Origin: Fibrobacteria bacterium
Lineage (GTDB): Bacteria > Fibrobacterota > Fibrobacteria > UBA11236
Reading direction: 5' to 3'
Length of the DNA stretch: 15,508 nt
Assembly (NCBI GenBank): GCA_041746255.1
Contig: JBGTHM010000004.1
Coordinates: 1-15,508 of the forward strand
Shown: piece by piece, positions 8,044 to 14,868 of the stretch
Layout of the letters: each line of letters starts with the position of its first letter
Numbering within the stretch: position 1 is the stretch's first letter
Translations under genes and position numbers: made by a program
The notes under the pieces: generated by a model
Database searches by the model: none
Told to the model about the DNA's origin: nothing
What the model saw: only the letters and a program-made list of their open reading frames with translations

Positions 8044-8856
8044 ATGGAAAATTCGGAAAAATTGAAGGAAATCGTGCGGGAGAAATACGGGAAAATTGCC
8101 GAGGCTGTCGAAGGTTCCGCCGATTCTTCTTGTTGCGCAACATCTTGCTGCGGGGGAGCGGAGTCGGAAAGCCCGGTTGATTTCAGCGAGGATTACTCCC
8201 GTCTAAAGGGATATGTAGCCGAGGCGGATTTGGGACTGGGCTGCGGTATACCAACCGATTCCGCGGATTTGCAACCGGGGCAAACGGTACTGGATTTGGG
8301 ATCCGGCGCCGGTAACGATGTGTTCGTCGCACGCGGGTCGATTGGCGATAGCGGTTTCGTCATTGGCGTCGACATGACAGCCGCCATGGTGAAAAAGGCA
8401 CGCGAAAACCAGGAACGCCTGGGTTATTCCAATGTGGATTTCCGCCTTGGTGAAATCGAAAACCTTCCGGTTGAAAGCGCTTCGGTGGACCGGGTAATCA
8501 GTAATTGCGTGCTAAACCTTGTACCCGACAAGGCGCGTGCCTTTTGCGAAATCCATCGGACCCTTAAACCCGGCGGTAGCTTCAGTGTTTCCGACGTGGT
8601 GCTGAACGGAAAACTCCCCGAAGGATTGCAAAAGGCGGCGGAGCTCTATGTCGGCTGCGTTTCGGGGGCGTTACAAAAGGAGGAGTACCTGGCTCGTATT
8701 CGGGAAGCGGGTTTTTCCGACATTGAAGTCACCCAGGAAAAGAGATTGCGTTTACCGGTCGAATTGGCTGCTCAATTTCTAAACCCCGAAGAAATGCAAC
8801 TGTTCCGTGAGTCGGATGTAGGCATATTAAGCATTACCGTGCGTGGGCGAAAATAA
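8044..8856 (+). CDS. arsM: Arsenite S-adenosylmethionine methyltransferase
   Basis: VREKYG N-terminus, CCATSCCGG, LGLGCGIP, SAM motif VLDLGSGAG, GVDMT, ISNCVLNL and YVGCVSGA. SD AAGGA; ars-operon context. Confidence 0.95.
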   Translation: MENSEKLKEIVREKYGKIAEAVEGSADSSCCATSCCGGAESESPVDFSEDYSRLKGYVAEADLGLGCGIPTDSADLQPGQTVLDLGSGAGNDVFVARGSIGDSGFVIGVDMTAAMVKKARENQERLGYSNVDFRLGEIENLPVESASVDRVISNCVLNLVPDKARAFCEIHRTLKPGGSFSVSDVVLNGKLPEGLQKAAELYVGCVSGALQKEEYLARIREAGFSDIEVTQEKRLRLPVELAAQFLNPEEMQLFRESDVGILSITVRGRK

Positions 8857-8894
8857 CGCATCTGTGAAAATGAAAATAGGCATGGAACGGGGTC

Positions 8895-8926
8895 TTGAAA
8901 AATAATCGTAAAGCTACGATATTAAA
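8895..8926 (+). promoter_or_regulatory. arsR-acr3-arsC promoter with ArsR operator palindrome
   Basis: TTGAAA (8895-8900) is followed by ATCGTA-aagc-TACGAT (8905-8920). 8902-8926 matches 7969-7993 at 24/25 positions. Confidence 0.8.
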
Positions 8927-8930
8927 TGCC

Positions 8931-9269
8931 ATGGCCTTGAATAAGAAAACCCAGTTCTCACCGTTGGAAGTGCGTTTGGCGGATTTTGCCAAAGCCTTGT
9001 CCCATCCCGCCCGGGTCGCGATTCTCCGTGTACTGGCCGAGAGGCAAACCTGCGTATGCGGTGAGATAGTGGCGGTATTGCCACTCGCCCAGTCCACCGT
9101 TTCGCAGCACCTTAAGGACCTGAAGGAATTGGGCCTCATAAAAGGTGAAATCGACGGCACTCGTTCCTGCTATTGCATCGACTGGAATGCCTTCCAAGAA
9201 ATGAAAAATCTGTTTCAGAATTTGCTAGGAACGCTTGACGAGATGGGAACGAAAAATGGCTGTTGCTGA
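8931..9269 (+). CDS. arsR: ArsR/SmtB-family arsenic-responsive repressor
   Basis: [44 protein letters not shown] and C-terminal CC. ATG 8931 is chosen because the longer TTG start at 8895 coincides with the -35/operator. Confidence 0.93.
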   Translation: MALNKKTQFSPLEVRLADFAKALSHPARVAILRVLAERQTCVCGEIVAVLPLAQSTVSQHLKDLKELGLIKGEIDGTRSCYCIDWNAFQEMKNLFQNLLGTLDEMGTKNGCC

Positions 9270-10455
9270 GAAGTCGCCGACTGAGCGAAGGATGAAAAGC
9301 ATTTTTGAGCGCTATCTGACACTTTGGGTGGGGCTCTGCATTCTGGTAGGAATTCTCCTGGGCAGACTTGCTCCGGGTTTGGCGAAAACCCTCGACGGAA
9401 TGTCCCTGCATGTCGGAGGCGCGCCCGTGGTTTCCATTCCCATCGCCATATGCCTGTTTTTCATGATGTACCCCATCATGGTAAAAATTGATTTCGCATC
9501 CGTTATTAAAGCCGGAAAAAATGCTAAACCGGTTTTCCTCACTCTCTTCATTAACTGGGCCGTAAAGCCTTTCACCATGTATGCCATATCTTTGTTTTTT
9601 CTGGGCTATCTTTTCAAAACCTTCATTGGGCTAGACGCCGTAGACTTATTACAGATGCCGTTCGGCCTCGATTTACCCGTCGGCGCGGTTCATGGCGCGG
9701 GAATGGTGGTTTTACAAGACGGCATAAAAATGTTGGAAGTGCCGTTATGGCGAAGTTACTTGGCTGGAACCATCCTTTTGGGAATCGCCCCCTGCACAGC
9801 CATGGTATTGGTGTGGAGTCATCTCGCGCGCGGCAACGATGGGCTCGCCCTGGTCATGGTGGCCGTTAATTCCCTGCTTATGCTGGTTTTATATGCCGCT
9901 CTCGGCGGGTTCCTGCTTGGCGTTGGCCGTCTTCCCGTGCCGTGGCAAGCACTCTTGCTGTCGCTAAGCGTTTATGTCGCATTACCGTTGGTAGCCGGGT
10001 ATTTTTCGCGGAAGTGGATTATCGCCGCGAAAGGGGAAGCCTGGTTCCAGGATAAATTTCTTCACCTGCTTACCCCTGTCACCATCGTCGCATTATTGAC
10101 CACCTTGGTATTGCTTTTCAGCTTCAAAGGAGAGACCATTCTCCAGAATCCGCTCACTATCGTATGGATTTCCGTCCCGTTATTTTTACAAACGGTTCTT
10201 ATATTCGCGTTGGGGTACGGGCTCGCCCGGCTGCTTAAGCTCTCCTATGCCGACGCGGCCCCCGCGGCCATGATTGGGGCGTCCAACCATTTCGAAGTGG
10301 CCATCGCCACGGCGGTCATTTTGTTCGGATTGGCCTCGGGAGCCGCCTTGGCCACGGTGGTAGGCGTACTCATCGAGGTGCCCGTCATGTTAATGCTGGT
10401 AGGCTTTTGTCGCCGCACCACGCACTGGTTTCCACAATCATCAAGTAACAGTTGA
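9256..10455 (+). CDS. acr3: ACR3-family arsenite efflux transporter
   Basis: [41 protein letters not shown] (conserved Cys), [11 protein letters not shown] and [10 protein letters not shown]. The start is ATG 9256 (overlapping the arsR end) or 9292. Confidence 0.95.
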   Translation: MAVAEKSPTERRMKSIFERYLTLWVGLCILVGILLGRLAPGLAKTLDGMSLHVGGAPVVSIPIAICLFFMMYPIMVKIDFASVIKAGKNAKPVFLTLFINWAVKPFTMYAISLFFLGYLFKTFIGLDAVDLLQMPFGLDLPVGAVHGAGMVVLQDGIKMLEVPLWRSYLAGTILLGIAPCTAMVLVWSHLARGNDGLALVMVAVNSLLMLVLYAALGGFLLGVGRLPVPWQALLLSLSVYVALPLVAGYFSRKWIIAAKGEAWFQDKFLHLLTPVTIVALLTTLVLLFSFKGETILQNPLTIVWISVPLFLQTVLIFALGYGLARLLKLSYADAAPAAMIGASNHFEVAIATAVILFGLASGAALATVVGVLIEVPVMLMLVGFCRRTTHWFPQSSSNS

Positions 10456-10473
10456 AATAATCCACCAAAAGGA

Positions 10474-10881
10474 ATGGCGATGTCCACACCCACACCCAAA
10501 AAACTTCTGTTTGTCTGCATCGAAAACTCGAACCGCAGCCAAATGGCCGAGGCCTTCGCTCGCATCCATGGAGGCGAAAAAGTCGAAGCCTATAGTTCAG
10601 GATCGCGTCCCTCAGGCGTCGTGAATCCCAAGGCGATAGCTTCCATGGCCGAATTGGATTACGATCTTTCCAAGCACGGTTCGAAATCATTGAATGAAAT
10701 TCCCAAAGTGGAGTACGACGCGGTTGTGACCATGGGTTGCGGCGACGCTTGCCCCTTCGTGGAAGCCAAACGCCGTGAGGACTGGCAAATTCCCGATCCC
10801 AAGCACATGGACCCCGCCGAGTTCAGGGAAGTGCGTGAACTCATCTCGCAAAAGGTAAAGGCGCTGTTGCAGGAGTTATGA
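10474..10881 (+). CDS. arsC: Arsenate reductase, LMW-PTP fold
   Basis: P-loop CX5R (CIENSNRSQMAEAF), MGCGDACP and WQIPDP; directly downstream of acr3. Alternative start ATG 10480. Confidence 0.92.
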   Translation: MAMSTPTPKKLLFVCIENSNRSQMAEAFARIHGGEKVEAYSSGSRPSGVVNPKAIASMAELDYDLSKHGSKSLNEIPKVEYDAVVTMGCGDACPFVEAKRREDWQIPDPKHMDPAEFREVRELISQKVKALLQEL

Positions 10882-11600
10882 AAGTAGTCGGTCTGATTTT
10901 GTTTCTGGCTTGCACCTCAATCATCGCGCAACCGGGAGCGGAAATTTTCCGTGTGGGACCCCCTCCTCGCATGAATGCCTCGTACCTACCACAACCGCAT
11001 GCTTTCGATACGACTCGATCTTTGGAATCCCGCGCCCGTTCCTACTTGGCAAATAACTGCTCTTATTGCCATCAGCCCAATGCTATCGAAAGAGGAGGCT
11101 TGGACCTCCGATTTTCAACTCCGTTGCAAAACACTGGTTTGTTCAATTCCAGCGAGCGGCCGGCTCCGGAGGGAGGAGTTTTGCGCCATGTCGAACCCGG
11201 GAATGCTAAGGCCTCGGAAATCTTCCTTCGCATGTCTTCCCTGGGTAGCGATGGTATGCCTCCCCTGGGACGTACGAAAATAGATGAACCCGGATTGGCC
11301 TTGATTCGGGAATGGATAGAAAGTCTTGCGGGGGATTCCCTTTCCTTCACCGTCCATTATCGGAAGCCACAATTGGAGATTACCGAAACCCAATTGGGAC
11401 TGTTGCATTCAATGGATCCGGTTTTCCGGGTTTATCACCGCAAAGGCGAAAAAGTGGAAGGCGCCTTCGATTCTTCCCAGGACAATTTGAAGGGGAAGGT
11501 TTGGAAGCTGCGATTTTCACAGCCGCTCTCACCGGGGTGGTATTGGCTGGAAATTGAGTTGGAAGGGAAGCGCCTCATTCGGAATTTCGTGGTGCTATAG
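10878..11600 (+). CDS. Exported monoheme c-type cytochrome domain protein with T9SS-CTD-like C-terminus; function unknown
   Basis: Signal peptide MKVVGLILFLACTSIIAQ; heme motif ARSYLANNCSYCH; PGNAKASEIFLRM...GMPPLG (candidate Met axial ligand)...LIREWIESL. Beta-rich tail VYHRKGEKV...LSPGWYWLEIELEGKRLIRNFVVL. ATGA overlap with the arsC stop. Confidence 0.75.
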   Translation: MKVVGLILFLACTSIIAQPGAEIFRVGPPPRMNASYLPQPHAFDTTRSLESRARSYLANNCSYCHQPNAIERGGLDLRFSTPLQNTGLFNSSERPAPEGGVLRHVEPGNAKASEIFLRMSSLGSDGMPPLGRTKIDEPGLALIREWIESLAGDSLSFTVHYRKPQLEITETQLGLLHSMDPVFRVYHRKGEKVEGAFDSSQDNLKGKVWKLRFSQPLSPGWYWLEIELEGKRLIRNFVVL

Positions 11601-11605
11601 GGGCT

Positions 11606-11635
11606 TTCCATGATTTTATTCAGTGAAGCTATAAT
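11606..11635 (+). promoter_or_regulatory. Putative sigma70 promoter for the channel gene (leaderless geometry)
   Basis: Perfect TATAAT at 11630-11635, 6 nt before ATG 11642; weak -35 TTCCAT 18 bp upstream; no SD. Confidence 0.5.
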
Positions 11636-11641
11636 TATTCA

Positions 11642-12769
11642 ATGACTTCCATGCGATTCCAGTCCAGATTCTATTCCTCGTTACTTCCGCTCGCTATCGC
11701 TTTTCTATGCATGTCGCCCGGCGTTTTTCCCGTTTCCGCTGCTCCCTTGACCACACCGGAAGCAGGCCGGGGAGAAAACGTTCTCATTGTTGGTACTCGT
11801 GAATCGCCTCCTTTCGCCTTTCGCTCGCCCGAAGGGGAATGGCGGGGAATCAGCATCGACCTTTGGCGTTCTATCGCCGCAAAATTGGAATATGCCTATG
11901 AGTTTCGCGAAGCCGATATTCCCGGCCTCATTTCCGGGGTGACGGAAAGTCGATTCGACGCCGCCGTAGCTGCCCTCACGCTTACCGCCGAAAGAGAAGC
12001 GGCGTTCGACTTCTCGCATCCCTTCTATTATACCGGACTTAGCATTGCGGTGCCTCGGCACGATGGCGGAGGATGGTATGGAGTTGCCCGGCAATTTATT
12101 TCATTCGAATTTTTACAAGTGGTGATTGTATTGGTTTTCCTGTTATTAATCATAGGCTTTCTAGTCTGGTTTTTCGAACGGCGCAAGAACGCCGAACAAT
12201 TTCCGGGAAACCCCGTGGAAGGCATACTGGCCAGCTTTTGGTGGTCGGCCGTGACCATGACCACTGTGGGTTACGGTGACAAGGCTCCCAAAACCCCTGG
12301 CGGCAGGCTGGTGGCGCTCGTGTGGATGTTCGCCGCGTTGATTTTGATTTCCTCCTTCACCGCCGCCATAACCTCTTCGCTTACGGTGGGTAGGCTTACC
12401 GGTCCGCTGCAAAGTTCCCGGGATTTGCCTTCGGCGCAAATCGGCACGGTTTCCGGTTCTACCAGCGAAGCTTACCTGAATGCGCGCCGCCTCAGCTTCA
12501 CCGATTTCGAAAATCTGGAGGCGGCCCTTAGGGCCTTGGCGGAAGGCCGATTGGATGGGGTGGTTTACGATGAGGCCATCCTACGGTATTGGGCGCGCAA
12601 ATCCTTTCCCAACCAATTGCGGGTCCTTCCGGAAACCCTCGATAACCAATATTATGGCATTGCATTGCCCCCCGGGAGTGCCCGACGCGACCCCGTAAAC
12701 CATGAACTTCTCAAAATTTTACACTCGCAGGAATGGGACGAAATTCTCTACCGGTATTTGGGAAATTAA
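11642..12769 (+). CDS. GluR0-like prokaryotic ligand-gated potassium channel (split amino-acid-binding domain flanking a 2TM/P-loop pore)
   Basis: Signal peptide; S1 lobe VGTRESPPFAF...AALTLTAEREAAFDFSHPFYYTGLSIAV; M1 hydrophobic helix. Pore FWWSAVTMTTVGYGD carries the K+ filter. M2 GRLVALVWMFAALILISSFTAAITS; S2 lobe GTVSGSTS...VVYDEAIL...YYGIALP. Confidence 0.9.
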   Translation: MTSMRFQSRFYSSLLPLAIAFLCMSPGVFPVSAAPLTTPEAGRGENVLIVGTRESPPFAFRSPEGEWRGISIDLWRSIAAKLEYAYEFREADIPGLISGVTESRFDAAVAALTLTAEREAAFDFSHPFYYTGLSIAVPRHDGGGWYGVARQFISFEFLQVVIVLVFLLLIIGFLVWFFERRKNAEQFPGNPVEGILASFWWSAVTMTTVGYGDKAPKTPGGRLVALVWMFAALILISSFTAAITSSLTVGRLTGPLQSSRDLPSAQIGTVSGSTSEAYLNARRLSFTDFENLEAALRALAEGRLDGVVYDEAILRYWARKSFPNQLRVLPETLDNQYYGIALPPGSARRDPVNHELLKILHSQEWDEILYRYLGN

Positions 12770-12827
12770 TTGGTTACTTTTCTTCTCCTGGATCCCGATC
12801 TGAACTGTCTCCCTTTTTCCGGACAGA

Positions 12828-13670
12828 TTATGTAGCCCATTTCAATTCGTACTCGGCTGGGCTACTGTAGCCGATAAATGTATGTCTCCTTCGCAGATTG
12901 TACCAGGTTTCTATCCAATCAAAAGCGACCTGTTCCACCTCCCCTTCATCCTTCAATATCCATTTTCGGATACCCGTTTCCCGTTTGAAGGTTCTAAAGA
13001 AACTTTCAGTCGGCGCATTATCCCAACATTGACCTCTTCGGCTCATGGAAGGAAGGATGCCCCGCTCCAGAAGGAAATCCTGAAGCTTCTTCGAGGTATA
13101 CTGGCAACCTTGATCGGAATGAAACATCAGTCGCCATCGCCTGTATCGTCGGCAATTCAAGGCTTGGGTAAGGGCCGAGAGAACCAAATCCGTATCGGGA
13201 TTTCTCGACACCGACCATCCCACAACCTTTCGGGAAAAAAGATCCAATATCACGGCCAAGTAGACCCATCCACTTTGGGTCCAGATGTAGGTGATATCCG
13301 AGGTCCAGGTTCTATTGGGTCCCGAAGGTTTAAAATTCCGATTCAGGCGATGCTTGCACACCTTCGATTCCTGGGCCTTTTTCAGCACCGAATAAGGAGA
13401 GGGTTTCCAAGGCTGGGCCTCCAAGTCCATTTCCTTCATCATGCGCAGGACCAACTTCCGTCCGACAAGAATCCCGCTATCACGCAAGCATTTGCGAATG
13501 GAACGATGCCCGTAGGTTTTACGGCTTTCCTTGAAATGATAACGGATGGAATCCTTCAATTCAGGTCGCTCCAAAGGAACCTTCACGTTCCGGCTGCGCC
13601 ATTCGTAAAATCCCGAACGACTCACCTTAAGGGCTCTGCACATGATTTCGATGGAATGAACGGCCTTCAT
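12828..13670 (-). CDS. IS3-family transposase OrfB (DDE integrase core)
   Basis: MCRALKVSRSGFY, YGHRSI, WTSDITYI, LDLFSRKVVGW, FHSDQGCQY and GQCWDNAPTESFF. The frame stays open upstream (QEKYAWIEK) to the slippery run. Confidence 0.95.
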   Translation of the reverse strand: MKAVHSIEIMCRALKVSRSGFYEWRSRNVKVPLERPELKDSIRYHFKESRKTYGHRSIRKCLRDSGILVGRKLVLRMMKEMDLEAQPWKPSPYSVLKKAQESKVCKHRLNRNFKPSGPNRTWTSDITYIWTQSGWVYLAVILDLFSRKVVGWSVSRNPDTDLVLSALTQALNCRRYRRWRLMFHSDQGCQYTSKKLQDFLLERGILPSMSRRGQCWDNAPTESFFRTFKRETGIRKWILKDEGEVEQVAFDWIETWYNLRRRHTFIGYSSPAEYELKWAT

Positions 13671-13987
13671 TTTTTCGATCCAGGCGTATTTCTCTTGAGC
13701 CGCTCTTGTGCGAAATACGCCGTCGCTTTTTTTATTATCTCAAGCTCCTCGGCCTGCTCGGCGACCAACTTCCGAAGGCGTTCAAGCTCTCGCTTCTCTT
13801 CAAGGGCCCCAGCAAGACCTTTTCCCCGGGCTTCAGCGGTCTCGGCAGCCGCTATCCAGGAACGAAGTAGGCTGGCGCTGATATCCAGCTCTCGGGCCGC
13901 CTGGGCAACGTTTTTCCGTTCCTTCGCCAAGGCCACGGCACGCTCCTTGTATTTCCCATCAAATGCTCGTCTTTTTTCGTTTTTCAT
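13667..13987 (-). CDS. IS3-family transposase OrfA (HTH + leucine zipper)
   Basis: RRAFDGKYKERAVAL...VAQAARELDISASLLRSW, coiled-coil ELERLRKLVAEQAEELEIIKKATAYFA; overlaps orfB by ATGA. Confidence 0.93.
   Translation of the reverse strand: MKNEKRRAFDGKYKERAVALAKERKNVAQAARELDISASLLRSWIAAAETAEARGKGLAGALEEKRELERLRKLVAEQAEELEIIKKATAYFAQERLKRNTPGSKK
13726..13733 (-). other. Probable programmed -1 ribosomal frameshift site generating OrfAB
   Basis: Minus strand ATA AAA AAA GCG (A7G) near the orfA end. The -1 frame is open from here into orfB (KSDGVFRTRAAQEKYAWIEKMKAVH). GAGGAG and GGAG lie just upstream. Confidence 0.7.
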
Positions 13988-14382
13988 TGGACACCTTTCT
14001 CAGGTAAATCTACCTGAATGTTGTGTCCGGTGTCAGGGGGTCAGTTCAAGGAGTTCTATGGGCTTTAGTTAGAATTCTTAGGGGCAATAGGTGGATGTTT
14101 CAAGCCGATATAATTGTTCGACTTTGGTTATCAATTTTGATCCTTTATTATGTTTATTGCGAAGGGGTGCCTTTTGTTTTTATGGTTTTTTTTGCTACAG
14201 AATTTTTGGGTATTGTAATTGGAATAATTTTTTTTCCATATTTTAAAAAGTGCGATCCCAAAACCGCAGCTCCCTTATAAACTTGCCTTCCCATCTAGGT
14301 AGAAAAACTGGCGAACCTAATTGGCTCTGGGGGATTTTCAAAAGGATCTGATATTTGGATTAGATTTAACTATCAGTTCAAT

Positions 14383-14868
14383 TTATTGCTTGAGGACCAA
14401 AACCTGCTTAGAATTTTGTTCTGGTTTAAAAACAATAACCCCACTGCTTTCAATCCTGAACTTCCCCCTGCCAGCTTTGATTATTTTCAGATTTGAACCG
14501 GAACTTTCGTATTTGTCTATAAGTCTATAAAACCGGATTTCAAAGTTCGAGTTCTTCATGCCAAGAGATATGTCGAACTGTCTTTTGAATTCTCGGTATT
14601 CAAACTCCGATTTGCCTTCAGAGAGATAGCTTTGCAAAAGGGACTTCAGGATTTTCACCGGAATCCCTTTTGTTATCGTAGCGCCATTGAAGGAAATACT
14701 TTCATCCTCCGAATTGTACTGGAATATCTCTTTCGGGGAAAGCGCGTTGCATACTTCAAAATGTTTATTCTGAAATACGGGAGGAACTAGCCTATCTTCG
14801 GTTTCAGCATCCTTAAGCATTCCATCCAATGGGAATTTCCCACTTCCGGTAACTTTCAAATGCCGCAT
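14383..14868 (-). CDS. Hypothetical protein, putative winged-helix DNA-binding/regulatory domain
   Basis: Longest ORF of the AT-rich stretch (ATG 14868 or GTG 14898). The pattern DESISFNG..ITKGIPVKILKSLL...GKSEFEYREF...NFEIRFYRL...IIKAGRGKFRI resembles, from recall, the C-terminal domain of GAF-containing putative regulators. Confidence 0.6.
   Translation of the reverse strand: MRHLKVTGSGKFPLDGMLKDAETEDRLVPPVFQNKHFEVCNALSPKEIFQYNSEDESISFNGATITKGIPVKILKSLLQSYLSEGKSEFEYREFKRQFDISLGMKNSNFEIRFYRLIDKYESSGSNLKIIKAGRGKFRIESSGVIVFKPEQNSKQVLVLKQ

Larger units (their letters stand above)
12801..14048 (-). mobile_element. Complete IS3-family insertion sequence (1248 bp)
   Basis: Imperfect terminal IRs TGAACTGTCTCCCTTTTTCCGGACA (12801-12825) and TGAACTGACCCCCTGACACCGGACA (minus strand from 14048), 19/25 identical. 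orfA and orfB are in the 0/-1 frames. No flanking direct repeat. Confidence 0.93.

Noticed and set aside
10474..10881. Protein-tyrosine phosphatase rather than ArsC
   Set aside because: Same fold, but the GCGDACP redox cysteines and the position after acr3 favour arsenate reductase.
11642..12769. ABC amino-acid transporter binding protein/permease
   Set aside because: The binding domain is split by a TVGYGD pore module, and no EAA motif or ATPase gene is present.
14000..14017. Third ArsR operator inside the IS (shares the core GTAAATCTAC with the arsM operator)
   Set aside because: The outer arms differ (CAG/CTG versus ATC/GAT), and the palindrome is explained as part of the IS RBS-sequestering hairpin; likely coincidence.
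12882..14072. 396-aa plus-strand ORF spanning the IS3 element
   Set aside because: Antisense to orfAB, crosses the IS boundary and has no motifs; such shadow frames are common in IS3 elements.
14023..14280. 85-aa hydrophobic membrane protein on the plus strand
   Set aside because: Starts within the IS terminal repeat; its hydrophobicity follows from T-rich sequence; no SD or recognisable family.
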